Shown: positions 35,501 to 49,085 of the stretch, one piece after another
Layout of the letters: every line of letters starts with the position of its first letter
How positions within the stretch are numbered: the first letter of the stretch is position 1
Assembly (NCBI GenBank): GCA_964016885.1
Contig: OZ024743.1
Coordinates: 58,900,001-58,964,000, forward strand
Source: Eledone cirrhosa
Lineage: Eukaryota
Length of the DNA stretch: 64,000 bases
Direction: 5' to 3'
Notes under the pieces: model-generated
What the model was told of the DNA's origin: nothing
The model's database searches: none
The model's input: only the letters and a program-made list of their open reading frames with translations
Translations under genes and position numbers: made by a program

Positions 35501-36647
35501 TGTAATTACGGTATGTACACGTTTCTTCTAAGTTTAAATTTACACCTAATTGTGTATGGTTGACGATATATTTGGTCAGTTTCTACATGCTGTTGAAATG
35601 TTGGATAAATACTCTGTTGTGGTCACCACGAAGAGGCCGTTTTCGGTTATTTATCAAATTTTTCATCATAGGAGCCTTTATTATTATAGCCTGGTCTAAT
35701 TGATTTTTTATATGGTTAATTATGCTAATTGGGAGAGGAAATGGTATATATTTTATCTAATAATTCTAAGGACATGATTTATGATATATATATATATATA
35801 TATATAAGTGGTTACACCACAGTTAGTTCACCATACCGAGAACAATTGTTTCACCATAGCGGATCCGCTAAGGTGAAACAATTGTTCTCGGTATGGAGAA
35901 AAACCACAGACCCTCCATCTCAACACTACTTTTTAAAAGCAGAAGAACTGCGGAACCGGTAAAGGAACCAAACAAATATATATATATATTTTTTAAAATA
36001 AGACTCCAGTTGCATTTTCCATTTCACCTTTTATTCTTTATACTTTCACTCGTGTAGGACACCTCGATCATTTTTCATTGTGTAAAGAAACTCAATTTCT
36101 AATATATATATGTATATTTCTCAACCTGTTAGTTCTATCGTTACTTTGGTATATTATTGTGGGTTAGATTTGGCCTACCACAATGTTCGATTTGTCAAGC
36201 TATTTAAACGTATGTTATTACTCTAAGGACCTAACTTATTGAGTACTTTGCTAACTCATCATTTCATATAAGTAGGCCGAATTTGCTTGCAAACCGCCAG
36301 AGATTCGATTTTACTAAATTCCCATTTATATATATATATATTTATATATAAATAATATTAATAAATGGAAACTATCTTTCTAAAACCATATTTATTTTAT
36401 TATACATACACACATCCTCATGTTCTCCCCCGACCCCGCCACTGTCATGCGTTCGGAGCAAATGATAACATTTGCTCCGAACGAACTACACGTGTCTGAA
36501 GAAAAGAAACCTGCAGCCGTAGAATCAGCCAGATCCATACAGGGACCATGTCTCGAGCTACCTGCCGGCGAAAGAATTGTAACACGCAATAAATTGAGTC
36601 CAGATGCATCACTGATTTTTATTTTCTTTATACTATGTATATATACA

Positions 36648-36743
<96 letters not shown>

Positions 36744-36953
36744 TATATATATATATGAAAACAGGGAGAAAGAGACGATTATTAGGAAGACAAATATTTT
36801 TTTTTTCCTATTTTGTTTCTCTCTCTCTCTATTGTGGGTTAGAAAATGATTAAAACGAAATGTTTTAATTTGTGTGAAGTGTTAAGGTATTAGTTGATTT
36901 ATTTATTATTTAACAATGGCATTTATTTATCTATTTATATATTTAATAATTGT

Positions 36954-36996
36954 CTATTACCGGTTTCAGCATTTTTATGCATTATCAAATGATAGT
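36954..36996 (-). ncRNA. Degenerate hammerhead-like motif
   Basis: Minus: CTAT..TTGATAA-TGCAT-AAA-ATGCT-GAAA-CCGG-TA-ATAG; two core substitutions. Confidence 0.4.
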
Positions 36997-38099
36997 GAAA
37001 TATATTAGTGTGGTGTCGCACATGTTAAAGAGAAGTTGCAGAAAGAATAATGTTATTTACAAACAAGGTTTATGAAGTGAAAAAAAAAGGAAAAAAAGAA
37101 AAAAACGGCCATAATATAGAGCATAAAAAGTCAATGTGGAAGAAAAAATAATGTTATTTACAGGCATAGTTCTTGAAGTTAAGCAGATCAAAATGTGTTA
37201 ATATAGCAAGAGTGCTTAGTTGATCCATGATTTCATGAGGGAGGCAAATGCTGGACTGAGGTTTGATATGATTTCCCTTTTTAGAGAGTTAATATGCAGA
37301 GGGAAGCAATTCTTGCTGGATGATATTTAATTTATTTAATAAAAAGGATTAGATAGGGGGTGAGGGAGGTAACTCTTGTAAATGTTTAATTGTTTGTTGA
37401 AGTTTTAGATTGGCCGGATTTTTAGAGCATATATATATACATGTATACATATATATGGGATAACAAGTTACCGTTATATGTAATCCAGTTAGAGGTTGTG
37501 AGTACTTAGTATTGTGGATAGTTTTATTTTTTTTATTTCTTTATTTTTTTTTTTTTTTTTTTTTCTATTTTTTTAATTTCTTAATTCTTTATTAAATACA
37601 ATGACACCCTCTAAAGCTATTCTTTAAACGTAGATTAATAACTATTAACTGATTTTAGCGAAATGTATCCTAAACATTCATATTTCTTTCGACTAAATAA
37701 TTAAGTAATCTCACACTAACGATTAACAAATAAAATCGGAGTTATCTTTCCATTTCAATCATATAAATATTATACCTAACTCTGTTAATTTAATTTAAAA
37801 ATTCTCAATTTTAATTACATATTTATTTAGATAAAATACAAAATCAATTTCCCTCGTAACTCATATTAGAACAACCATCTAAAACTTGAACCACCTATTT
37901 ATTTACTTAATTATTTAATTACTTAAAACACAAAATCCACTTCCCTCGTAACTCATTTTAAACAACTAATAATTGTAAATTAGCCTTTTAATAAAAATAC
38001 ATATGCTATTGACTAATGCGGCCACTAGGTGGACGAAGGCTGTCTCTGGATAACCATGATAATTACGTCACATGTGCGAAACTTACCGGACAGGGTCAA

Positions 38100-39370
38100 A
38101 TACCCTTCCCACAGCTATCCTATCAGAAACATCCTATGACATTGATGCTCTCTCCCAACATGTTATTGAAACTGAACCACGAATGCCTCCAGACCAACAA
38201 CGGGCTTACAGTATTATTTTTGACCATCTGCGGCACCGAAAAGGAGATATATATTCTTCCTTGATGCACCTGGAGGGACAGGAAAAACATTTGCAACAAA
38301 GCTCCTCCTTGCAAAGGTTAGGCAACACTAGGATATCGGGGTAGCTGTGGCCTCATCTGGGATTTCTGCAAATTTGTTGCCCGGTAGCAGGACAGCACAC
38401 TCAACCTTTAAGCTGCCTCTTAATTTAGCAGCATCTGCAAGAGCTCAGACCAGGAGCAAGTCCTCAGAAGGTGTCATCTCATCGTGTGGGATGAATGCAC
38501 CATAGCTCTCAATGGAGCTCTGGGAGCAGTAGATAGAACCCTAACACATATCAGAGACTCTTAGACTCCAATGGGACGTGTAACGCTTCTGTTGTCTGGT
38601 GATTTCAGGCAGGGCAGATGAAGTCCAAGCACACCTTAAGTCCTCTCCATTGTGGCAACAAGTTACAACACTGACTCTTACCACTAACATGGCACGGCGA
38701 CCAACTATCAGCGAAATTTGAACGGGACATTTTTACACTTGGCGTTGGCAAGGTGCCTCTAGATGCTGGTGGAGAAATGACAGTCGGTCCAGTTTGCGCT
38801 ATTGTTAATACAGTGGATGATTTCAAAGATCAAGTGTTTCCAAATTTGAATGAAAATTATGAAAACCACAATTGGCTGAGTAAAAGAGCAGTACTGGCTA
38901 AAAAAAACAACGCTGTTAGTAAACTTAACGAGCAGTTGGTGCAGTCCCTTCCTGGTAGTCTTCAAACTTACAAGTTACTTGATACAATCGTAGATCAAAT
39001 TGGAATGGTAAATTATCCTCCAAAATTTCTCAAATCGTTGCAGCCTCCAGGACAACCTCTCCACATATTAGACCACCATTCTTTCTGGATGTGGAAAAGG
39101 TGATGATGTATTCATTCCAAGAATTCCTATCATTCCATCAGGAGAAGAAATTCCATTTTCCTTTAGAAAACTGCAATTTATCATTCGTGTCAGATTTGCT
39201 ATGTCCATAAACAAATCGCAGTGTCAGACCTTATCTGAGGCAGGACTTTATTTGGAAGAGTCATGTTACTCACACGGACAATTGTATGTTGGCTGCTCTA
39301 GAGTGGGAAGCAAAGGAAATCTAGTTCCATATGCTCGACAAGGAAAAACAAGGAACATTGTTTACTAAGA
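38100..39370 (+). pseudogene. Helitron RepHel PIF1-family helicase domain, decayed
   Basis: Across frames: FLDAPGGTGKTF, AVASSGIS..LLPGSRTAHSTFKLPL, LIVWDEC, LLSGDFRQ, WLSKRAVLAKKN, FIPRIPIIPS, AMSINKSQCQTL, SHGQLYVGCSRVG, TRNIVY. Confidence 0.9.
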
Positions 39371-40122
39371 GGTCTTATAATCGCAACAATAAGGAAGTAG
39401 GTACGTACGCACCTTTTCTTGAACAAACCTTTTCTTAATCAAAATCAGTTCATTTTGTGTTAGGTAAACCCCTCCAAAGAAGAGATCCTCCATTGATTGG
39501 CAAATTGTGAGAGAGTGAAAAGACTGAGAGCAAATTAATCCCAACAGGAAACTGCAAAATGGTTCATGTACAGCTACTACAGATTTGTTGGTATCTTTAT
39601 ATAACAAATACAGATTTTGATTTAATGGGTGTTTTAAGATATATAAAACAGATGTTTGTGTGTGTGTGTGTATGTGTGTGTGTGTGTCTCTCTCTGTGTA
39701 TGTTTATGTGTGTGTGTGTAAATCTTATGCATTTCTACAATATGCAGCCGATTTGCACCAAACATTCGACATCGGTTACCTATGTACTCCGGGTGGACAT
39801 GGGCACTTTCATATCTCAAGATATTGATTATAGGGCCCCCGAGGCAGTTAAACCCCTTTAACCGTTTCCTTGGAGGCGACAAAACGTCATAACTTCTGGA
39901 GTTCGCAACCGATTTTCAACAAATTTGACACATGTGCTATGTATGTTCTACAGATGAAGATGAACACTCAGAATTGGCACATGTTGAGTAGGGAACCACT
40001 GGGGACAGGAACTCTTTATGGAAAAAGCCGATGATTTTGTACAAGCATAGTTTTCGAAGCAGAACCGAAGTATTGACATTAATGTTATTTAATACCCGAG
40101 CAACGTCGGGTACCTCTGCTAG
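39371..40122 (+). mobile_element. Helitron 3' region ending in hairpin + CTAG (possibly includes a nested non-autonomous Helitron from ~39595)
   Basis: TACCCGAGCAACGTCGGGTA (40093-40112) then CTAG (40119-40122), followed by T and (TA)n. Confidence 0.8.
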
Positions 40123-40187
<65 letters not shown>

Positions 40188-40277
40188 GTGGGTCACCTTA
40201 ACGGCCATAACCCTTAGGAGCTAGTAGTTGGCATTATATTTGCAGACTATGGGACTTAGTCCTATAGGATGGAAATA

Positions 40278-40357
40278 GCTATCTGATGAACTTTACTTTT
40301 CCGTTAGAAGTTCTCTAAATTTCTAATTTTTTGTAAAGCGAATCCGCCGGTAATAGC
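40278..40357 (+). ncRNA. Type I hammerhead ribozyme, mildly degenerate, in a solo terminal fragment (40188-40440)
   Basis: GCTAT-CTGATGA-ACTTTAC...GTAAAGC-GAAT-CCGCCGG-TA-ATAGC (GAAA>GAAT). Confidence 0.65.
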
Positions 40358-40789
40358 ATTATGAACAGGTAGATATTTAAATCATTTTTTAATTAATTTA
40401 AAGGATTGTTTAATGTTTGTATGTTCTGATCATTTCCATTTTTATATATAATATATATATTTATATATACTGTATATATATATATATATATATGGTGGCT
40501 GTCAACTCGTTTTCGAGTACGGCCACTACTTTATATCCATGTAGTAGAACCCCTACCGATGCGCTGAACGAGTGTGACTTTTTAGTCTAACCAGCGACTT
40601 GAAAACTCTGGTACAAACACTACACTTGTGACAATTATTGACACATAGTGCTGTGCCCATGGTACCATGTGACGACAAGTGCAGAGAGATCTCCACATAT
40701 AAAGCAATGCCTGTGCCGTGAAGCTTTTATAGTGGGCAAAGGCACTGCACAAAGCCAGTCCCACTTTCTTAACCAAGATGATATTTACC

Positions 40790-42747
40790 AAAAAGAGTAC
40801 ACAAATACACGCACGTACACAGAACCCCGCCCCCCCCAAACAAAAAACGCACGCACATACAGAACCCACGTAACGCCTGTACCCGCACGCATACGAATGT
40901 ATACACCAAATACATATAAAAATATATATATATTAAAAAATATAAATATATATATATATGTGTGTGTGTGTGTGCGTGTATACATATAATTAAATAAACG
41001 TATATAAATAAATAAACAAATACGTATATAACAAGCGCAAACACATACCTACATGTAAATAGACTTATGTTCGGAGACTACGTGAACCAAAACACGATGT
41101 ACACATATAAACACACCCTACATACGTACGAACCCGCATACTCACACAGACGCAGAACTCACGTATACACATAACCAAAAGCATATGTACCGGAAAAAAT
41201 AATAATATATACGCCATAACATATACAATCAAATATACGTACGAGAAAGTATACGTACCTTCACAAAACATACAGGTAATATATACTAGAGAGGCATTTC
41301 TCGGATAGGGGGCAGTCAACCCGATTCCTACAATTAGAGTTAGCACTAACTACAGGGTTGCACGTGTTCCTACGGCTAGGTTATTTAGCTAAATTTGAAG
41401 CGGTGATGTTATTTGCAAGGTTAGGAGTCGTAGAATAAGAAATTTTAATAGTATTTCTATTAAAAATTTTACTATATTTATATGTAGGGGTAAAATGCTT
41501 CATAATAAGGGAGAGAAAGATCTTAGCTAATGGTGTGGCCACCTTCATATTATATGGTCGGTTACACCATATAATGTGTCGGGATCTATTTCTTCTAGGT
41601 CTATTCTCGTACTCTGTATATGCTACCTTATCGACAAATCCACTCCGAGTAAGTGCTTCATTGTAATATGTGGAATGGTCGTTGAAAATATGCTCGTTAG
41701 TAGATATACGGGAAAGCCTCAAAGAAACGTTTCTTACCAGGTTATTGGTTATGCTGGCAGGATGGTTACAAATGCCTCTCTAGTAACATTGTCTACAAAT
41801 GTAAGGTTGAACGTAGGGCCTACATAGGGTTAACCGCCAATAGATTCAAGCAGCGTCTTTACATGAATACCCATTCTTTTCGTTACCCTTTAAGAAGGAA
41901 TATGACGTCACTTTCAGCTTATATCTGGAGTCTAAAAACAACCACACCCAATATAATTTACACTGGGAGATCCTAGCTAGGGCTAGATAGTATAACGGAA
42001 ACAAAAGTCCATGTGACCTCTGCGACGCTGAGGCCCTGGAAATACTCTACGGCAAAAACCATATCTAAAAAAAAAACCGCACGCCCATACAGAACCCACG
42101 CAACTCTTGTACCCGCACGCATACGAATGTATACACCAAATACACATAAAAATATATATTAAAAACAAATATATAAATATATCTATGTGTGTGTGTCTAT
42201 ACATATAATTAAATAAACGTATATAAATAAATTAAAGCCCTGGAAATACTCTACGGCAAAGACCATATCTTAAACAAAAAATCTGAGTCAATTTCGGTTT
42301 GTAAACATAAATTGCACAAAACTTTCCTGTATTACAGCCCCACATTATACCCTAACGGATAGTACCAACTATACGCGGATATTTTACGTCTTGAGGTGGT
42401 AGCTAAGTATATGTTATGTTTATACCATTTCTTATTTGTATAGGTAAGTATATATTACCTGTATGTTTTTTGAAGGTACGTATACTTTCTCGTACGTATA
42501 TTTGATTGTATATGTTATGGCGTATATATTATTATTTTTTCCGGTACATATGCTTTTAGTTATGTGTATACGTGAGTTTTGCGTCTGTGTGAGTATGCGG
42601 GTTCGTACGTATGTAGGGTGTGTTTATATGTGTACATCGTGTTTTGGTTGACGTCGTCTCCGAACATAAGTGTATTTACATGTAGGTATGTGTGTGCGCT
42701 GGTTATATACATATTAATTTATTTATATACGTTTATTTAATTATATG

Positions 42748-42796
<49 letters not shown>

Positions 42797-43360
42797 TTTA
42801 TATATAATTTTATGTGTATTTGGTGTATACATTCGTATGCGTGCGGGTACAGGCGTTGCGTGGGTTCTGTATGTGCGTGCGGTTTTTTTGTTTTGGGGGG
42901 GGGGGGGGGGTCTGTGTACGTGCGTGTATTTGTGTACCTATGGCGAGTGTTTTGCGTATGCTTGTGTAGGGTACGTATATGTATGCGTGTATCAATATAT
43001 TTAATTTCATTTACCTTTGTATTTTATTTACTTTATTCTTAACTCTGAAGCCGGGAATCATTCGGTTTCCTAGTTAGAATTTTAGTCTACGACATCAGTT
43101 ATGCCATAAACGTGGTTTTGTTTTTGCGTATAATTGTTTTTTACCGCTCCAAATAATGACGTATTATATTCGTTTTTCCCCGTTCTTTGCCAGGGAACGT
43201 TTCCACGAACCAGAGTATCGTCTTCTTGTCTTCCTCCAGTTGCAACGTTTTTTGAAATATTCAATTCTGCGTTCACAGATTGACTTTGTTAGTTTCAGAA
43301 GATCCCGTTAAGGGTGAAATCAGCGATTCTTTGCTTAAACTTTAATCTGTTATTTTAATA
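40790..43360. mobile_element. Rearranged Penelope-like element with inversions
   Basis: Minus 41285-41769: SNHP..RLSRIS..IIWCNRPYN..KIFNRNTIKISYSTTPN..NCRNRVDCPL.EKCL. Plus from 41770: KCLSSNIVYKCKV...YIGLTANRFKQR..CDLC..E. 3' repeat 42446-42937 is inverted at 40790-41285. Confidence 0.8.
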
Positions 43361-43600
43361 TATATATATATATATGAGGGCTGCAGCACGACTTCGAGTA
43401 AAGCCTTCGCTTGTTACTTAAGCGGACATGGATTTTTATTCCTGATCGGCACTTGCCTATGGCCAGTCATCCCATGCATCACAGAAAATGTCACGTATCA
43501 AATGAAGACTAGGAGACTCTAGCTCCAAAAAAAATCTTTATTGAATCACCGTTGTCTCTCCGATGACCCAATGATACACAGGTTTTATTGTGTTACATGA

Positions 43601-43733
<133 letters not shown>

Positions 43734-43877
43734 ATTAAAATACTGGAGCGTGTTGGAGTTAAACACCCTCTTCGTATTATAGAAATGACAGTAAAAGGTA
43801 TAGCTCAATGCAGTTAAACAGCGCCAAACAATTAAGAGAGTAAAACAAAGAATCCTTTAATACATCAAAAGTTTTTA

Positions 43878-43920
43878 TTAGCCGACAATTTTTCGTCCTA
43901 TTAAGGACTCATCAGGGAAA
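43878..43920 (-). ncRNA. Minimal type I hammerhead ribozyme (the inverted copy at 48888-48918 has lost the GAAA strand)
   Basis: Minus: CC-CTGATGA-GTCCT-TAAT-AGGAC-GAAA-AATTG-TC-GG. Confidence 0.75.
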
Positions 43921-45838
43921 TCAAAATAACAAGAAGTAATATCGGCAGATATAAGCCGGAAGCTCCGAAGAATATGGAGTGTACATACACTAAAGTCTTG
44001 CAAAAATATATAATAAAAATAAAAATAAAAATAAAAATAAAAATAATAAAAATATATAATAAGAATAACTAAGGATGTATATAACATTAAGAACCATATT
44101 ACAAATATAGTCCAAAGCAACTAACCTAAAGCTAAACAAATGTGGTTATATAGAGCAGGAATTATATATAACACAATGTAATATAACATAACACATTATA
44201 ATAATATACCTTTACCAACATTAAAATTACAATTAAAAATCAAAAGGTACAATATATACATGTATATATGTGCGCGCACACACACACACACACACACACA
44301 TACAACAATACGCACATCCATGTTCAACTACACCAATTAAGCCTTATTAGAAGTTTGAATATAAAAATAAGCATGATAAGAGTGAAAGTAATACCAATAC
44401 ATCTACCCAATATACATGAGGCAATAATATGATATAATTACAAGAGACACATATAATAAATAATAAACAATAAAATTATATAATTCAATATAATATAATA
44501 GATAATCCCCGGTTAATTTACACAAACAGTATAGATGTCACAATAATAATATAATGATAATATGTTAACAATGTACTAACATTTACAATAAACAATATAT
44601 ACAAATCGATTCATACTGGGTTACAGAGTAAATGAGGAAAAATAAATTATACAATACTAAAAAATCACTATGATGGTACAGAAAAAATTATGATGGTACA
44701 GAAAAAAATATACAGACATTTTACATGATATGTAAAGTCTAAATATCATAATGTTACATATAATGAACAGTAAGTAATAAGGATCAATATTACAATATTA
44801 CAAAAATACAGACATCTTACATGATATATAAAGTTTAAATATAATAATGTTACATATAATGAACAGTAAGTAATAAGGATCAATATTACAATACAATATA
44901 ATATAATATATTATATAAAATAAATTGACATAAAATAATATATAAAATAATATATAAATACTTATAATTACAAGGTTAGTAGACATACATATGTGGATGT
45001 GTAAGTAAAGCCAGACAGTGAATAGTAAATAGAGTTTAAAAACATAGAATAAAATAAATAAATATAATCAACCGGAAATTACAAAACAAAAACAAATATA
45101 TACACAGTTAGGTCTCAAATGATGATAACAATAAGGTAAAAACTAAGGAAAACAATCACTTTAATTGACTCAAAACCCTATTTGATAAATTAATATTAAA
45201 AATATTAAAACTATCCAATAAGGTAGTATAATATTAGCTGTAGTTTAAGTCATTAAAGTTTATAAACTTTAATGTTTCGTTACAAATGTTTACAAAAAGG
45301 AATGAAATTTTTTACTATCATATACATAACGATATCTAAAAAAACTGACTTAAGTAGAATTAAGGTAGGCTAATGGGGATAGAATTGTAGAAATATATGG
45401 AGGGTGCAAAGGGGCATAAAATATAGTCGATATACTATAATAAATAATAGAACAGAGCGTAAAATAGGGGGGGGGGTTAAATATAATCATAGTCAATCCG
45501 GAGGGGTTGACAATAAGTTTATGTGCGCATGGGGGGGGGGGGGATCCAAAGATGCATCTGAATAAAATTAAAATTAAAATTAAAAATAAAATTAAAAATA
45601 AAATTAATAATAAAAATAAAAATAAAGATAATAATAAAATAAAGTAAATGGCGTAAAGTGTGTAATCTTATATATATTAACAAGGTGTAATAGTGAAAAC
45701 ATAGATATGGTACAGTAGCCAAATGATTATGAGTGCTAGAATGAAGAGTCATCAAAAACCAATGGTAATAATGATGATAACAATAATGTTGGCAAACAAA
45801 TGAACCTAAACTAAAAAATAAGTAATGGAATATATCTG

Positions 45839-47296
45839 CTAATGGGTACAATTTGTACTACTAGAACGTTTGGGTTTATAATAAAAGTAAGAATTAGAAA
45901 TAGCGTGGGGGCAAGAAGAGAATATCTCGGACTTTCTATTAAGTAAGGATACGCTAGAGAAAATTATAGAGTGTGTCTCAAGGATACAGAGTTTACAAAA
46001 CTTAGTATGAGTAGGAAGGTGGTTAGAGCGTGCTACTAAACGCCAGTTAAGGCTATATGGTATATAAGCTCCCTTAAGATCCCAGATATAATGCGCTAAA
46101 GAAGTAGAATTCTTAAACCTAACATGTTTGAAGTTAGAGATATGAGAGTTAAACCTAGTCTTAAAAGTGTTTGAAGTAGATCCTATATAAGTTCTATTAG
46201 AGGAATTAGTTATAACTTCGCAAGCGTAGACAATGTTCTTAGAAAGGCAGTTACCGTTTAAAGGGCAGTTAGCACTCACTCTACAATTGCACTTCCGGGT
46301 GTTATTGGTTGGCTCGAGTGGTGATGTATTACACGTAGGATTTCTATTAGATAAGGACTGTTCTGGTGGTAAAGCATTGTCAGATCCGTTCAGACTAGTA
46401 GTATGTAGAGAGGAGAATCCATCCCTAATTTTCCTATTATTAGTGCTAGCTAAATGAGAACTAATATTAGGGGTGGTAGAGAATGAGAGTTTAATAAAAT
46501 TTTTATTAAAAATACCATGGTATTTATGAGAAGGGGGGAAATTTTTCTCTAAGATAGTGAAGAAAGACCTAGGGATATTAGTTGATACATCCTGATTATA
46601 TGGCGGGTTGAAATAAGTATTTAATCGCCTTCTATTTTTATTCTTACCGACCCTACCTTTATCAAATGTCCCACCATCGAGACTAGGGTTACTACCAGGA
46701 TTAGTTAAAGCCACATTCATAGAATCAGCCATAATTTCGTTATGTCTATTATAGTTTCTACCTCCAGTAGATCTGCTGCTGTCCGGAATCCCTTCAAGAG
46801 GATTAGGGCCAATGATAGCAACATTATTAGAATAAGATCCAGCAAAACCAACACCAATGCATGAGCGCACAGGGGGTTCAACTTGTCTCCTAGAGGTATT
46901 ATATTTGCTATTACGAGTCCGGTGGGTTAACTTATGGATGGGTTCAGATACACCTATATAATTTCTACGGTTACTATATTTGCCACTCCCATTCATGGCT
47001 ATGTTATGTGATATAATGTTATTATTGTTAAGAGTAAGCGGAGATTTTCTAAGGTTACTATTATTATATTGTATTTTACTAGAGTGAACTGAATTTGCTA
47101 GGGCATTATTGTAGTACTCCGCATGTTCGTTAAATGTTCCTATGTCCTTAGAGAGTGTGGAAATCCTATTAGATACGCCCTTAATTATAGAGTTTATCAT
47201 AGACTTAGGGTGGTTAGAATTGGGGCTAACATAAGAAAGAATTTCATTAGGCTTATGGAAGGGTTTAAAACTATTAGTGACCAAGTCCAGAGTCAC
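45839..47296 (-). pseudogene. RT thumb + linker + GIY-YIG endonuclease portion of the Penelope-like ORF (485 codons open)
   Basis: SNHP, FNPPYN, CNCRVSANCPLNGNCL, IVYACEV..RTYIGST..FKTR, CKLC.LE, SCPH. Separated from the upstream RT by a -1 frameshift in a T-run near 47300. Confidence 0.88.
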
Positions 47297-48416
47297 ATCT
47301 AAAAATTAACCGCTCTATCATTTCTATCTATCGTGATCGAAAGGTTGTAGCTTCTAAAAAACTTATAAAGCTTCTTCTTATTATGTTCTACATTGTTGGT
47401 GCTAGAGTTAATTACAAACAATGCATCATCACGATATAGTCCGCCTATAAGGTGCGGGAAGGTAGCGTATAGTTCATTAAGGAGGAACAACCCAACAAGA
47501 TCAGTAACCTGGGCCGAATCACTCGAACCCATTGTAACGTCGAAATTATTGGGCGTGTTTTTACGGGTCCAAAATGTGTCCTCAAATTTAATAATAGTTT
47601 TACGGGCTGCTAGTATAATATCTACCTGTGATCGTGTAAGGCTGGACACTCTCATGGCCAACATTAAGACTTTATTGAGGAGGATGGGTGAAATTGATGT
47701 GTAGTAGGCATCAATATCGAATTGGATAAACTTATTAGATTCGAGTTTATTAATTCCAGAGAACCAATCTATAACTTCCCTAGTGTAAAATTAACTTTAT
47801 CCTTAACATCTGGTATAATAAGGTCAAGGATTTTTTTACTGATAATGGCTATATCAGACTTAGAAGGACAGATAAGTCTAACAGAGGGGTTACTAATAAA
47901 ATCGACCTTATGATCCTTAAGTGTGAATCTCGGTTCTCGAGGGTAATATGGCTGGGTATACTTATCGAGTCCGAGGTCAGAGACTATTCTAAGGCCCTCA
48001 CTATTGATATGGTTCAAATTCTCAAGCGTAGTTTTTTTATAGTTTCTATATAACTCTTTATAAATAAAATCGCGGTATGCACTATAGTCCATGGAGTATA
48101 GATTCTTAGTCTTATCTGCCGGGACAAGAATAGACTTATTCTCATCAAAACCCTTAACAATATTTTTAAGTCTGGACTGGAACTTATCAAAGTTATTATA
48201 ATTTCTATGTCTATTATTTGGCCTAAACCTAATATTTTTGACCAGAGAGAGTAAGTCACTTTCAAAACTATCTAATAGTATATTGTGTGGTGGGCTCTTA
48301 TAAGTTTTGAAGCCATGGCTATAAAATTTGTTCTATTCCTGGGGTCCTTCCTATTCTTATTATTATCTTAATTGTAATTTTAATGTTGGTAAAGGTATAT
48401 TATTATAATGTGTTAT

Positions 48417-48598
48417 TGGATTGGCAGTATCGGTAGAGGGTCGGACGCCATGCTTTCTATCATAGTTACGTCCCTTTACGATCTGAGTTCAAATCCCGCC
48501 GAGGTTGACTTTGCCTTTCATCCTTACGGGGTCGATAAAATAAAGTACCAGTAATGCACTGGGTAATTGCTGGCCTTGTGCCTAAAGTAGAAACAGTT
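48417..48598 (+). mobile_element. SINE inserted in the inverted terminal repeat of the Penelope-like element
   Basis: Absent from the sister arm (44180-44200); inserted at GTTAT. Confidence 0.88.
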
Positions 48599-48960
48599 AT
48601 GTTATATTACATTGTGTTATATATAATTCCTGCTCTATATAACCACATTTGTTTAGCTTTAGGTTAGTTGGTTTGGACTATATTTGTAATATGGTTCTTA
48701 ATGTTATATACATCCTTAGTTATTCTTATTATATATTTTTATTATTTTTATTTTTATTTTTATTTTTATTTTTATTTTTATTTTTATTTTTATTATATAT
48801 TTTTGCAAGACTTTAGTGTATGCACACTCCATATTCTTCGGAGCTTCCGGCTTGTATCTGCCGATATTACTTCTTGTTGTTTTGATTGCCCTGATGAGTC
48901 CTTAACATTGTCGGCTAATAAAAACGTTTGATGTATTAAAGGATTCTTTGTTTTACTCTC

Positions 48961-49085
<125 letters not shown>

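Larger units (their letters stand above)
34380..35790. mobile_element. ORF-less Penelope-like terminal-repeat composite (partial tandem + inverted copy)
   Basis: 34380-34590 is repeated at 35038-35232; 34466-35022 is repeated in inverted orientation at 35233-35790; hammerheads in both arms; (TA)n flanks. Confidence 0.8.

Noticed and set aside
45839-48330. Selenocysteine-recoded Naiad ORF (known in some Naiads)
   Set aside because: Conserved Cys positions in the GIY-YIG regions I checked are ordinary Cys codons; breaks are frameshifts or non-TGA stops; no convincing SECIS seen.
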